Positions 51,054 through 62,965 of a DNA stretch of 64,000 nucleotides are shown here, in pieces. A model generated the notes under the pieces. The model was not told the DNA's origin. It ran no database searches and saw only the letters and a list, made by a program, of their open reading frames with translations. Positions within the stretch are counted from its first letter, which is position 1, and every line of letters begins with the position of its first letter. The translations under genes were made by a program, and so were the position numbers. Origin of the DNA: Podarcis melisellensis (Eukaryota); NCBI GenBank assembly GCA_964234715.1, contig OZ174287.1; one strand, written 5' to 3'.

Positions 51054-51102
51054 CTGCTGCAGCAGGGAGGAGAGGAAGGGAAATAAATCGAGAGGTCAGC
51101 TT
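51054..51102 (-). promoter_or_regulatory. Splice acceptor of the GJD3 coding exon (branch point, polypyrimidine tract, CAGCAG)
   Basis: Minus strand reads gctgac...ttatttcccttcctctcctccctgctgCAGCAGccATG, implying an upstream non-coding exon as is usual for connexins. Confidence 0.75.
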
Positions 51103-52724
51103 CACTGGAGATCCTTCCCGGGACTGGCGGTCTTGCTAAGGGTTGACACATGCACCTACTCCATGAGTTTGGGGAGGTGACGAAAGCGTTCACTTTTAAA
51201 GGCCAGCCACTAAGCGGGGGAAGATTGGGAAGCCTGGCTGACAAAGGGCAGCTGCTGGAACAAGGTAGGGAAAGAACAAAGTTGGGGAAGAACCAGGAAG
51301 GTTGGTCCATAGCTCAGTGGTAGAACATCTGCTTTGCATGCAAAAGGTTGCAGGTTCATCCCCCAACATCTCTGTATAATATAAGGCTGTTCTCTCTGTC
51401 TGAAACCTGTTTGCAGTCAACGAAACAGTACTAAGCTAGACAGGCCAATGATTGGAAGCTTTGATCATCTAGTCCAACCCTCTGCAATGCAGAAATAACA
51501 ATTAAAGAATCCCTGAGAGATAGCCACCCAACCTCTCTTTAAAAAAACTCCAAATCATTGGCCCATCTGGGGCAGTACTGTTGATGCTGACTGCAAACAG
51601 GTCTCCAGGGTTTCAGATAGGGGATCAAACCTGCAACCTTGGTGTTATCAGTACCACACTGCAACTGACTGAGCTATCCAGAGCACCTGCTTGGCATGCA
51701 GAAAGTCCCGTGCACAATCCCGAACATACCCAGACCGGACCACTGTCTGAAATCCTGGAGAGCTGCTGCCAGTCTGTGCGGACCAAAGCTGTGGTCCTCT
51801 GGGTGTTGGCGGACTACAACTTCCATCACCCCTGACTGCTGGCCATGATCTCTGGGGCCGATGGGAGTTCGAGTCCAACAATTACCATGGTGGATGGAGC
51901 AGTGGTCTGACTCAGCACAAGGCTGTTCCCGTGATGACTTTTCTTCCTATGGCGCACTGAGCCGCAATCAGCAAGCGCAGAGCATCTATACTGGAGAGGT
52001 CTCCCTGCCCCCATGTATCAAAGCAAGGCTATTTTAATTCTGTGAAAGGGGTATGACCTTGGCAACACCGAGAGAGCTTGGGGGGTTGCTGGTGGATGTT
52101 TTATGTCTGTTGCCAAGTTATCTGGAGAGGGGAGAAGATAAAACCAGACAGCTCAAACTGGTCCAGGCCAGCTGGAGTGCGCAGACTTCTAGGGCAACAG
52201 ATTGGTATACCAGCCGGGGAAGGTCCTTTCCGCTAGGGATTGGGCAGAAAGACACAGCCCTTAAAGAAAATGAATACACTATCTTGCAGTGTTTGTCAAA
52301 TGTCTAATAACTTAAGGACCCTTAACTTCAGAACTAAACTCTTGCACCTGGGATGACTTGCTTTTAGAACCATGTAAAAATTGCACCGCTCTTGGAAGAT
52401 TGTGTTTCTGCGTGAGTATGCCACCTGTTTGGAATGAGCCATACAGGGAACAGTAACTCATTCAGAGATAAAACAGGCAGCCTCCTCTGAAAGCGGGTGA
52501 CTCTGCTATGTCTCTGCATAGCACATGATCTGTTGTAGGGAAGCAGGGAAATTATCCACTGCCACCTAACAAACAAAACACCAGAGATGCAACAGTGATC
52601 TTGGCACACCGTTTGGGAACTGCTGATACGGGACTAAGTACAGTACAGCATCTATTTTATTAATTAATCTGTTTTGGAAATAGGGGAAATGCCATAGTTG
52701 CAGGGATGGGGGAAGTGTGTATGT

Positions 52725-52782
52725 GAGCGAGCGAGCGAGCGAGCGAGCGAGCGTGTGTGTTTGTGTGTGTGCGTGCGTGTGT
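52725..52782. repeat. (GAGC)7 followed by (GT)n microsatellite
   Basis: Directly visible. Confidence 0.9.
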
Positions 52783-53351
52783 AAGGGAAGAGAAAGTTGC
52801 CACTTTCTGGTTGCACTGCTGGTTTTTTAATAGCTATTTGACACGCAGAAACTCAACAGATCTATGCTCTTCCCCAGCACTGAGATGCAACGATCAAGAA
52901 AGCTCCATGTGTTAAATTGTCAGCTGTTGTCTTGTTTTTAAAGGGAGATGGAAGGTGAGCATTCTCTTGCAAATTTCTTTCCCCTTCCTTGATAGAATTA
53001 AGAAATGCATTCTAGATTCCTACCACCTTCCTTCTCTTGATTCCCCCCCAAACACCTCATAATACTTTACAGAACCAAGGCTGCAACTTTACTAATTTAA
53101 AATCAGTACTAGTCAATTAAAAATCCTTGTTGCAGATTAAAACCCACCACTGATACTAATACTTAGTGGAGCTGGCCGCACAAACCGTTCCCATTCCCAG
53201 TGCCAATTTTACATCATTCTCCCCCACTACTACAACAACAAACAACCCAATACTTTATAAAGATGGCTCCAATACCTATATTCAAATCCCTATTTAGCCA
53301 CCAAACTCACTGAGGGACCTTGGACCAAGTCACTATGTCTGAGTCTGGCCT

Positions 53352-53824
53352 ATAGAACTGTAGAGTTGGAAGGGACCATGGGAGGGGGGGGGTCATCTCA
53401 TCCAACCCCTCCAATGCAAGAAATTTTGCCCAAGCTGGGTCTTGAACCCACAACCCTGAGATTAAGATGCTCTAGCGCAGGGGTAGGCAACCTAAGACCC
53501 AGGGGCCAGATGCGGTCCAATCGCCTTCTCAATCCGGCCCGTGGATGGTCTGGGAATCAGCTGTTTTTACATGAGTAGAATGTGTCCTTTTATTTAAAAT
53601 GCATCTCTGGGTTATTTGTGGGGCCTGCGTGGTGTTTTTACATGAGTAGAATGTGTCCCTTTATTTAAAATGCATCTCTAGGTTATTTGTGGGGCATAGG
53701 AATTCATTATTTTTTTTAATTTTTATTTTCAAAATATAGTCTGGCCCACCACATGGTCTGAGGGACGATGGACCAGCCCACGGCTGAAAAAGGTTGCTGA
53801 CCCTTGCTCTAGCGACTGAGCTAT
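53352..53824 (-). mobile_element. tRNA-Lys/CR1-tail SINE interrupted by a hAT MITE
   Basis: Reverse copy of the 6893 element, split at 53478-53806. Confidence 0.7.
53478..53806. mobile_element. hAT non-autonomous element (CAGGGGT ends) with an internal tandem duplication
   Basis: Perfect 8-bp TSD ctctagcg at 53470-53477 and 53807-53814. An internal block of about 60 nt occurs twice. Confidence 0.85.
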
Positions 53825-53983
53825 CATTGGCATCCTTGTTGCAAAGATAAACTAGGTCATAAACCGGGAAGGGGAAGAATCATGGAGGTGGGATAGAGAA
53901 ATCAGGCAGGTACCAACTAGAGTTTCCCTTCTTGCAATCAAAATCACTGACCACAAAAAGAGGATGGCAGTCAGCCAAAATCA

Positions 53984-54019
<36 letters not shown>

Positions 54020-54089
54020 AACCTTGATCTTAAGCATCTCACCCTACTAAAACTTTAAAGGCCTGTTGCTCTGCTTTGTTACTCTAATA

Positions 54090-54225
54090 CAGGCATAGGC
54101 AAACTCGGCCCTCCAGATGTTTTGAGACTACAATTCCCATCATCCCTGACCACTGGTCCTGCTAGCTAGGGATGATGGGAGTTGTAGTCCCCAAACATCT
54201 GGAGGGCCGAGCTTGCCTATGCCTG
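54090..54225. mobile_element. 136-bp hAT MITE with inverted flanks
   Basis: Same core. The flanks are reverse complements rather than a direct TSD. Confidence 0.9.
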
Positions 54226-56104
54226 TATTAGAGTAACAAAGGAGATGTTCCACATCCAGGATTCTTAAACGGATGAAGGTATGCTGTATTAAAGGCACAC
54301 ACCATTCCTTCTTTTGTTCATTAAATTGCATATTATTGCATACTATGAAGGATGCCTTTCTGTGGGCTAGAAAAGGGCAGTTTATTCTGACTTTAACTAC
54401 CGATTTGTTAAGACTGCAATCACACCTGTACATGGAAGTACATTTCATCAAATCAACACGGTTATTTCACTAAGGAGACAAGTGTCAGTTTGCCCTGTAA
54501 GGCAAATGATTAGTCAGCTAGCAGTTGACTGCTTATGCAGAAAGAAGTCCCCCTTAGTTCTGCAGGACTCACTGTCAGCTGACTGTGTATAGGATGGCAG
54601 CTTTAAAATCTTAGGATAGCTGGCAGGCCTAGTGGATATATCATGACACAGCTAAGCTACATCAAAGCATCAAAGCATGCATTACACATTCATGTAAAGT
54701 CACAAGCTGCCTTATCTTCTTAAGCAAAAACACTCTTATTAGAAATTCTGGAATAATTAAATATTTACTTTTTTTATATTAAAATAAAAAAACAGAAAGG
54801 CAAAGAATGAGGCCTCTCCTGGACTATTTGAAAAAATACTTTAGTCAAATGAAATCGCGGGCAGGGTTCAAGATAAAAGCAGCATTAGAAAGAATTATAA
54901 AATAACAGAAACTTTTTTTGTGATAGGTAGAGATATAATGCATTAGAAAAGATCTGAGTAAAAACACCGTGGAGTTGGGAAGTCAACTTATGAAACAATG
55001 TAATAATTCCATGAGATTGTGAAAATGTTGGAAAATGTAATAAAAAATTATACAGCAAAAAACAACAGAAAAGCTACGGGGTTTTGTTTTTGTTTATTAG
55101 GGGTTTCCATCAGAAACCTCATTTAATGAAGTGCGTAAACTTATATGAAGGTGGTGATCATTATACACATTGATTCTTACTCATTTGCACAGCACATATT
55201 TTCCTATTTAGCCAGCCCCCTTCCCCATGCAGCGCTCAGTCTCCTAGAGGCTAACATCCCCACAGGGTTCCAGTCTCTCCAGCCCCAGCCGCAGATGTTC
55301 CCTTCCTCTGGATAGTTCCCTGGTCCCTTATTTGTCTACCCCGCCAATGCCAGAAGCTGCAGAACAGGGCAAGGGAAGCTCCCCTGAGGCCACGGAATAA
55401 ACAATTGCCTGAAATCTATTGTGTGGGCAGCAGAATGGGATTGGAAGCTAGCTAGCTGCCTTACAGCCGAGTCCACCTGATTCAGTTCTGCCCACACTGA
55501 CCAGCAGCTGCTCTCCAAGGTTCCAGGCAGGACTCTCTCACAGCCCTACCTGGAAATGCAGGGACTGGACTTCTTGGGACCTTCTTACCTGCAAGGCAGG
55601 TGTTCCGTCCCTGAGCTATGGCCCTTGCCCCCAGGTCTCCTTTGCTATCCTTATCTGTGCCACCGATAATCTCCATCAGGGAGAAAGATGCAGAAGGGGC
55701 CACAGGCCTAGTAGCAGGGCGGCCCTCAACACCTGTGCACCCAGGTGAGCGCATGGTCACAGTCCAGGTGGAGAGATGCTCCTTGCCCCAAGGTAGTGCC
55801 CTGCCTACAGACTCTCCATCGCAGCTCCCCTCTCTTCTAAGCATAGGCATAATTTAACATGCATTTTCTCCTCCTCCTTTGTGTCTTATCTTACTCTGTG
55901 CACCTGTAACTATGTACTTTTTATTTTTCAATAAAGACTATTAAAAGAAAAAATAAATAAACACCATGCAAATCCACCCCTGACTTTTAGGTAGGTGCAT
56001 TTTCAACAGGTTGTCCCTCCTGCCGGCCGTCTACCTCATATTTTGGATCCCCACTCCTCCTCCAGGGCCCAGAGACATCACCTCCTCCTGCCACCTGTAA
56101 TGGT

Positions 56105-56351
56105 GCCTACCTCTCCTCCTGCTCTTCTAAGGCAGCTTAGCTGGCATCCCCTCGCTCTGCTCTCCTCCCTGGACTGGGCTGGCTTCAGCTCTGCCTAGGA
56201 GAGGGGCATAGGGACAGAGGGAGGGAGAGGCAGGGCTTCCCTCTGTAGCTCAGCCGGGAAGCTTTTAAAGCGACAGGCCTGTCCTGCCTACTTCTGTGCC
56301 AGGACCCCCCTCCCAGGGCTCAGGGGAGAGAGAGAGAAAGGCCTACCCAAT
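56105..56351 (-). promoter_or_regulatory. Candidate GJD3 promoter and non-coding exon 1
   Basis: Inverted CCAAT at 56347-56351, TATA-like TTTAAAA at about 56263-56269, a GC-rich non-repeat stretch, then a GAG|GTAGGC donor with the exon ending at 56111. Confidence 0.4.
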
Positions 56352-56529
56352 CGCACTGGCTCTCTGAGGAGAAGCTGGGGCAAAGGCAGTGGTTCGGGCG
56401 TAAGGGACAAGGGGGAGGCCTGCAGTCATTTGACACACCCAGTTTTTTAAAAAACACACACAAAGGTTTCAAATTTATCAATATAATAATCCCAATTTAC
56501 AGTTCAACTGAACAGCTAAATGGTCCAGG

Positions 56530-56730
56530 TCAAAGCTACAGGGTATCAGGCAGAGGACCTTCTTGGCAGTGGCCCTGTGGAACGCCCTCCTGTCAGAAGT
56601 CAAAGAAATAAACGACAACCTGACTTTTAGAATACATCTGAAGGCAGCCCTGTATAGGGAAGCCTTTAATGTTTGATGCAGTTTTATAAATTGTTGGAAG
56701 CCGCCCAGAGTAGCTGAGGCAACCCAGTTT
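56530..56730 (+). mobile_element. L2 3' fragment
   Basis: Aligns to 31155-31365. Confidence 0.8.
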
Positions 56731-57454
56731 GTGTTTCTATACAGTATTGTCATTTTATGCTGTGAACCATCATGAGACCTGCAGGTATAGGGCAGTATAT
56801 AAAATTAACAACAACCACCACAACACACAGAGCACTTTCTCAACTTCCAGTTCTGTACGTTGCATTCAGAGCTCAGACACTCATCCACTAGGCTTTTTTT
56901 TTTTGGTAGTAACAGCCTTTAAATAGCACAGCACACGAGTGTATAAAGTGTTGGCTGAGTCTGTGCAGAGTCCCCCATCTCTATCCCCACCCCAGTGGAA
57001 AATCTGACAGCTCTTTCGACACTTGACTGCTTTCCAATAAACACTTTGGTCTAACTGATACGGGGCCCTGGAATGTCATTTTGATGTTTGGCGCTGGGCG
57101 GAGGGCAAGGGGGCCACACCAACTGGCCTTGTCAGAAAGCATCAACACTCTGCAGCGACACACTTTAAAATGGTGAAATATCCATGTAAGCCGAAGAGAA
57201 ATCAAAGTATATCTACAGTAAAAGTGCAGGCCCTGCCTCTTTCCCCAAAGGCACCCACACAAGAGCAAGAGCTTTTCCTTCCCCTATTCCCAATGGAGAC
57301 ATATTCCAGCCCCATTATTCCTGGACTACGTGCTGTGAACGATGTATATTAATATTTGCATGTGAAGGGAGGCTCCTTGCTGTGTCTCTGCATAATTCCT
57401 TGCTCTGCCCTTGTTCCCTCCAACTTGCTTCCACAGAAGGTGGGTAGTAACCCA

Positions 57455-57636
57455 TAGTGGTACCTCGGGTTACAGACTCTGCTAACCCAGAAATAGTACC
57501 TCGGATTAAGAACTTTACCTCAGGATGAGAACAGAAATCACACGGCAGCAGCGAGAAGCCCCATTAGCTAAAGTGGTACCTCAGGTTAAGAACAGACCTC
57601 TAGAACGAATTAAGTTCTTAACCCGAGGTACCACTG
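57455..57636. mobile_element. Tigger-like MITE family A nested in a hAT-like MITE
   Basis: agtggtacctcgggtt/aacccgaggtaccactg ends. The host element is flanked by gtagtaac at 57444-57451 and 57706-57713. Confidence 0.8.
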
Positions 57637-59348
57637 TACTTTTCTTCTAGAAAAAAAAAGGTGCCGGTACTGCGTACCCTTGAGTAGGAAAAAAAAAAAG
57701 CACTGGTAGTAACTGTGCCGATTTGTAGCGTTGGGTACAATCAATCAGTCCCAGCGCAGACTGTAGAGCTTTGTACCATCAAGAGTTGCCTGCTGTGTCC
57801 CTGCTCTGAGCTAGCTTGCTTCTATTCAGGAGACACGCTTACATGTGCAATTTATACATGGGCAGGAGAGGGGCAGAAAGACTGTCCTGCAAACAGGTAA
57901 CCCTCTTTCATGAGAGGTATGAAAGACTTGCAGCTCAGTGGCGGAGCATTTGTTTTTGCATCTACAAGATCCCAGCTTCAGTTGCCAGAACCTCCAGAAA
58001 GGACTGGGCGAGATTGTTGTGAAGTTCTGGAGTGTCATGGATAGACAGGTGTAGACAAGAGGAACAAATGGCCTGACTCAGTGTAAGTCAACATCTAAAG
58101 TTCCCCTCAAAAGATTAATTTTTTGAGAGTGAAAAATGTGAAGTGTGTCTATCAGACATTTGGGAAGCAACTGCTTAAAGTAGATGCGAATGGCAAGGCT
58201 ATCGCTTGACAGTGGAGCATGGAATTCACCTACAGATAATAGTTCTGGAGCGGCAGGTTTTGTGTACCCCACACCATTTCCTCTGCACTGTGATCTTTCC
58301 CACCAATGAAGACCTTATTCAAAGCACTCCTCTTTCTCTTTCTATTCTAGGACCTCTAGGAAGATGCCAACTTAATAATAAAATCACTGCAGATAAGAGT
58401 AAGGAAATGTGCACTTCAAATACAGTACATTTTACTGTTTCAGCCAGCCACACAGAGAGGGAAAATTTGGAGAACTATTGTTTGGTTTAATTTTAACCGC
58501 CCATCACAGTAGATCAAATAAAAGCAAGTTTGTTCACATGGCTATTCAACTTGTTTGTTGGTATTACAAAAATAAAAGTGTCCAATTATTTCTAAATACA
58601 TTGCTTTTCCTTGAGACACTCTGTGATTTTTGCATGTCACTAATATCTGGCCTGCCTATTAAAAGTTAGAGAACTATCATCCCTAGAGTCAAATTGTACA
58701 GTAACGTTTCCATTTTATATCTCTTTTTCCAGTATTTGTTGGCTCACAAGCAACTCTACCACAGACAGTAAAAAAAACACCACTTTTTATGGCCTGACAT
58801 TTCCAGCAGTTTGAACAAAACACTTTTATTTATGTTACACTTATCAGTAGTGGACTAACACAGCACCTGATAAACCATTTTGACACATTTTCTCTTAATT
58901 TCCATGCATGAAGAAAGAGTATGGCTGATCTTCCAAAGATGTTTCCATACAACTTGGAGAGGTATATTCACTTCCATGCCTAGAGTCCACTTTCATTACT
59001 GTATATCTTTCATTTTGCCAGTTCACCCTCCTACTCGCAGGATTTTATTGTCAAAATCTGATATTCCAGAACTAGCATGACTCTCAAACCGTGTTGCATG
59101 GAACCAGAAAAAACAACATACAAGTACGGTATTCCTTCCTCGACACATTCCCTTTTCCACCCTCGAGAACTGGAGCCAAGTGCTTTGCTAAACAAAGGCA
59201 AAGGGATTCTTTGTTAAGGATTGAAACACTAATAAGTGGAAAAAAGCCTGGAATTTATTCAGCAGCAGACTTCTCATATACAAGGATAGAGAACCACTCC
59301 TTTACACAAGAGTAAACACAATAGAATAGACCAGTGGATCCCAATGGG

Positions 59349-59470
59349 CAGTGCTTTTTTCCCTTGGGGTACACAGTTCTTCCCCCCTCCCCAAAACGTT
59401 AGTAAGTGTGGCACTGACTGCAACACCTTCATGGTGAGTACTGACACCTTCTTTCTATAAAAAAGCACTG
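59349..59470. mobile_element. Short MITE with CAGTGCTTTTTT ends
   Basis: TIR cagtgctttttt/aaaaaagcactg. Flanks ccaatggg/tcaattgg. A related element at 57452-57705 has TSD gtagtaac. Confidence 0.6.
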
Positions 59471-59883
59471 TCAATTGGTGGCACCATTCACATAATAAAA
59501 ACTACCAGATACCAAAGGTTTCAAAAGTAGGGGGTCCATGGTTTGGCTTTTGAAAAAACAGGGGGTTTGCAGTACTTAGCCAACTGGGAAGCACTGGAAT
59601 AAAGCAGGACACAGGAATAGGACAGACTAACATACCAGGCCCTCCTTTTTACACAAGGATACCAGGCAAACAATCCCTTCTTTAAACAAGGACAGAACAT
59701 ACCTGGCAAGAGCCTCTTCTTCCAGCTGCTGGGACCCCCAGGGATGTAGTAGCACCTCAGTCAACCTCATTCTGGCAAGGCTATGCAGCACCTACATCAG
59801 TTTAGGCCTGCATCAAAGCTCCCCCATCTCTTGCTTAAGCCCTATGGCTTTTGTCTGCCCCAGTCATGAGGATTAATTGATGA

Positions 59884-59953
59884 GCTCCCTTCACCTGGCT
59901 TGATTGTTAAGTTCCCTTCACCTGGCTTGATTGTTAAGCTCCCTTCATCTGGC
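59884..59953. repeat. 27-bp tandem repeat, about 2.6 copies
   Basis: gctcccttcacctggcttgattgttaa at 59884 and 59911, with a partial copy at 59938. Confidence 0.9.
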
Positions 59954-61389
59954 ATTTGGCAGGGGGTATCTCATGGTCTAAGCCAAAAGTAATTAGCCTA
60001 CAGCAGTGCTATGTCTGCACAAGGAGCACCCCTGCAAGCAATTTGAGTCATTACTACTGGGCTTAGGAGAGCGGGGAAGTCCTGCTTCCATAGTGACATG
60101 GAGGGTTAATTGTGCAAGGCCACCAACACCTCCTCGGATTAACAATTCATCTTCCTCATTCTTAGGACACCAAGCAAAAGCCAGAGAAGTTTTGTCCTCC
60201 TACCTGCAATGTTCTGTTCCTAGTCGGGAGCAAGGCAGCCTCAGTTACTGGGAATCCCCTTTCTTGGACAACAGGACAAAGGAACAGTGTCACTTCCCCC
60301 CAAGGAGGGGTTTCCTCATTGAAGCCTCTTTGTGGCAAGCGGAACATTCACTAGATTGGAATCTAGATTGGAGTCACCCATAAGGGGCAGTGAGAGCTCA
60401 GAGGTTAAGTGGGTGCCAGGAGGAAATATTGAGAGTATTGTGCCCATGGGCAGCATGCTGGCAATTCTTGCTCTATACCACATCATTTTCCCATTAGAAA
60501 AACAGGAGTAAAATAACTGGACAGGGATATTATTAATAAGCTCAGCTCTGGCCTTCCCTGCCACTGATACAAGCTAGGTTCGAGACAAGCTACCAATAAG
60601 TGTAGCTTATTGCAAACCATCGTCCTAAGGAATGTTACCTTAGAAAGCTGAAGTGGCAGTTTTCCAGAGAGAGATGCTCAGGCATCTGTTTCCCTTGATG
60701 TGCTGTTATGAATCAATATTGGCTGCAATAAGCTACATTGCAAAAATCCAAGACAAGACTTGACTTCCTTAGAGATTTCTGACTCAAGAGAAGACACATT
60801 TGAGGTCCTGAAACTCTTTGGCACAATTAGGGTAACATTTGAGGGCTTCTCCTGACAAGGATTTCAAAAATGTCCCTGGTCTGGAGCAAAGGATGACAAG
60901 GTTTCTACAACAAAAAGATTTTTTTGGAATGCAGGAAGTGCCAGAATGTAGCACAGCCTAATTTCTATTGAAAACACAATGCACCTTAAGTACCAAAGGG
61001 AGAATGTTCAGCTTTAATATGGATCTAGGTAAATACCATCAGAAGTGACTGCCTCGTGTTTAATAATGTGCATTAAGGCCCTGACCCAAACGGGCAAAAT
61101 TAGAACATAGGGCACTTTTGCATACATGAATCTTTTGTACTGGGGAAATACAGTCGCTGGCCTGAGGTTTCTGCATCCCTGCTTGGACTGGGGATAATGG
61201 GAGTTGTAGTCCAACAATTCTAGAGTCATGGGATTCCCATCTCTGGCTTAGTGTTACAAGAACATGCTACGGTGAACTTGTGCACTCCACCTCCCCACAA
61301 TGTATTTTTCTTTAGCACAAAAACAAACAAACATGGTGATTCAGAAGTAGCAGAATTTCTAAGTGACAACTTCCAATGGAAAAAAAATG

Positions 61390-61395
61390 TTTATT
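61390..61395 (-). terminator. Candidate TOP2A polyadenylation signal (AATAAA)
   Basis: AATAAA on the minus strand about 105 nt after the TOP2A stop, followed by U-rich and GU-rich (tgtttgtttgttttt) sequence. Confidence 0.65.
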
Positions 61396-61498
61396 AAGAT
61401 GAAAATGATAGTGAACAGGGTCAAATATTTACAGGGACAGACATAATGTTAAAACATCAAAAGGCAGACACCCCATTTTTGAACAAGGTGCTTTCAGT

Positions 61499-61642
61499 TC
61501 ACAATAGCTCGTCGTCCGATTCCTCAAGGTACTGGACAACTTTCCTGGCTCGACCCAACCTTTCACGTGTGACAGTTGGAAATGGTGAGTCCTCACCCGA
61601 GCTTAATTCAAGGGAAAATGACTCATCAACATTCTTGGATTT
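61499..61642 (-). CDS. TOP2A: DNA topoisomerase II alpha, last coding exon
   Basis: Minus-strand tttttttttccttgcag acceptor. Encodes KSKNVDESFSLELSSGEDSPFPTVTRERLGRARKVVQYLEESDDELL*, matching the human end (...RAKKPIKYLEESDEDDLF). Syntenic position. Not in the supplied ORF track. Confidence 0.92.
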   Translation of the reverse strand, partial: KSKNVDESFSLELSSGEDSPFPTVTRERLGRARKVVQYLEESDDELL

Positions 61643-62277
61643 CTGCAAGGAAAAAAAAAGTGGGCCTGGTTAGCTCTCATAGGTATTATGTGGGCTCAGG
61701 AATGGCCACAACTAGCCCCTCCTTATGGAACATGGATGCATTAATGCATCAGTTGTGGGGAAGAAAAACTTTTAGTGCTCTACAAGCACTCTGAGGGATA
61801 GACTAATATTCCTGGTTTATGTAGGAGAAACCACTTGAGCCACAGGCGCTAGGGCACGTCATTCCACAGCACACCCGAAATAAAACACTACATATTTTAT
61901 CAAGGGCGTGGTTTCCTTGCAGAGCAGAGCACTGCAGGCGTGCCCCATGTTAACTTGTTTAGGGCACTCATAACCAGTCACCAACATATACTGATGCACT
62001 TTTAGCTAGGACTTCAAAGTGAACAAGATGGTGCGAGGCCCATGTATGGTTGATAAAAATGTTTAGAATTTGCTATAGGTTATGGAGAACACCCGTATCT
62101 GCCCATAGGCCAAAATCGACCTCAGTGGCACCCTAAAACTATGGCACTTCCACCCCCCCCTTTGCTCTTTCAATTCTGGCATTTAGGTATGCCTTAAAGA
62201 CATTCTCCTTCTATACTTAACTGGCAACAAAAAAGATGGAGAGTAATTTTAGAGAACAAAAATGGGGGCAAACAAAC

Positions 62278-62495
62278 CTTAATTGCTGTAGTTTTTTTAA
62301 GAGCTGGGCCAAAGTCAGAATCAGAGTCGTCAGAGCTAGAAACCTTCCTTTTGGCAGGTTTCTTCATCCTGGGAGGTGCACACTTCTGGGAGGCTGCTTC
62401 ATCTGTGCTGGACTCCGAACTCTTTGCTGTTGCCTTCCTGGGTTTTGCGGTTGCCTTCTTCTTAGAGAAAGCATCCATAATAGAAGGCTGATTGC
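62278..62495 (-). CDS. TOP2A: DNA topoisomerase II alpha, penultimate coding exon (Lys/Ser-rich C-terminal domain)
   Basis: Minus-strand ttttgctcttag acceptor and AAG|gtttgt donor. Encodes NQPSIMDAFSKKKATAKPRK...PAKRKVSSSDDSDSDFGPALKKTTAIK, resembling the human KRKPSTSDDSDSNF region. Ends in phase 0, in frame with the next exon. Confidence 0.88.
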
Positions 62496-62612
62496 CTAAG
62501 AGCAAAAGAATCAGTGAAATCTCTGTTTCTTTCCCACAAAAACCTGGATCTACCACAATGTTTTCAAGACACTGCTTCAGAAACTCATTCTGAAACTGTT
62601 AAGGCAGTGTTA

Positions 62613-62965
62613 AGTAAAGGTAAAGGTACCCCTGCCCGTACGGGCCAGTCTTGCCAGACTCTGGGGTTGTGCGCCCATCTCACTCAAGAGGCCAGGGGCA
62701 AGTGCTGTCCGAAGACACTCCGGGTCACGTGGCCAGTGTGACATCGCTGCTCTGGCGAGCCAGAGCTGCACACGGAAACGCCGTTTACCTTCCCGCTAGA
62801 AAGCGGTCCCTATTTATCTACTTGCACTTAGGGGTGCTTTCCAACTGCTAGGTTGGCAGGCGCTGGGACCGAGCAACGGGAGCGCACCCCGCCGCGGGGA
62901 TTCGAACCGCCGACCTTTCGATCGGCAAGCCCTAGGTGCTGAGGCTTTTACCCACAGCGCCACCC
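62613..62965 (-). mobile_element. Sauria SINE in a TOP2A intron
   Basis: Near-identical to the 3168-3533 copy. Confidence 0.9.

Noticed and set aside
51052-51105. 18-aa N-terminal extension of the connexin in the ORF track
   Set aside because: Starts at a non-ATG codon and spans a branch point and polypyrimidine tract. Connexins begin at MG(D/E)W.
51309-51375. tRNA-Ala-like sequence (similar ones near 57930, 55560-55620 and 44600-44660; tRNA-Lys-like at 30600-30650)
   Set aside because: Stems and B box are degenerate and the sequences continue into repeat bodies. These are SINE heads, not tRNA genes.
51054-62278. In-frame TOP2A-GJD3 read-through fusion
   Set aside because: The TOP2A donor at 62278 is phase 0, while the GJD3 acceptors leave 2 or 5 nt before the ATG, so a fusion would be out of frame.
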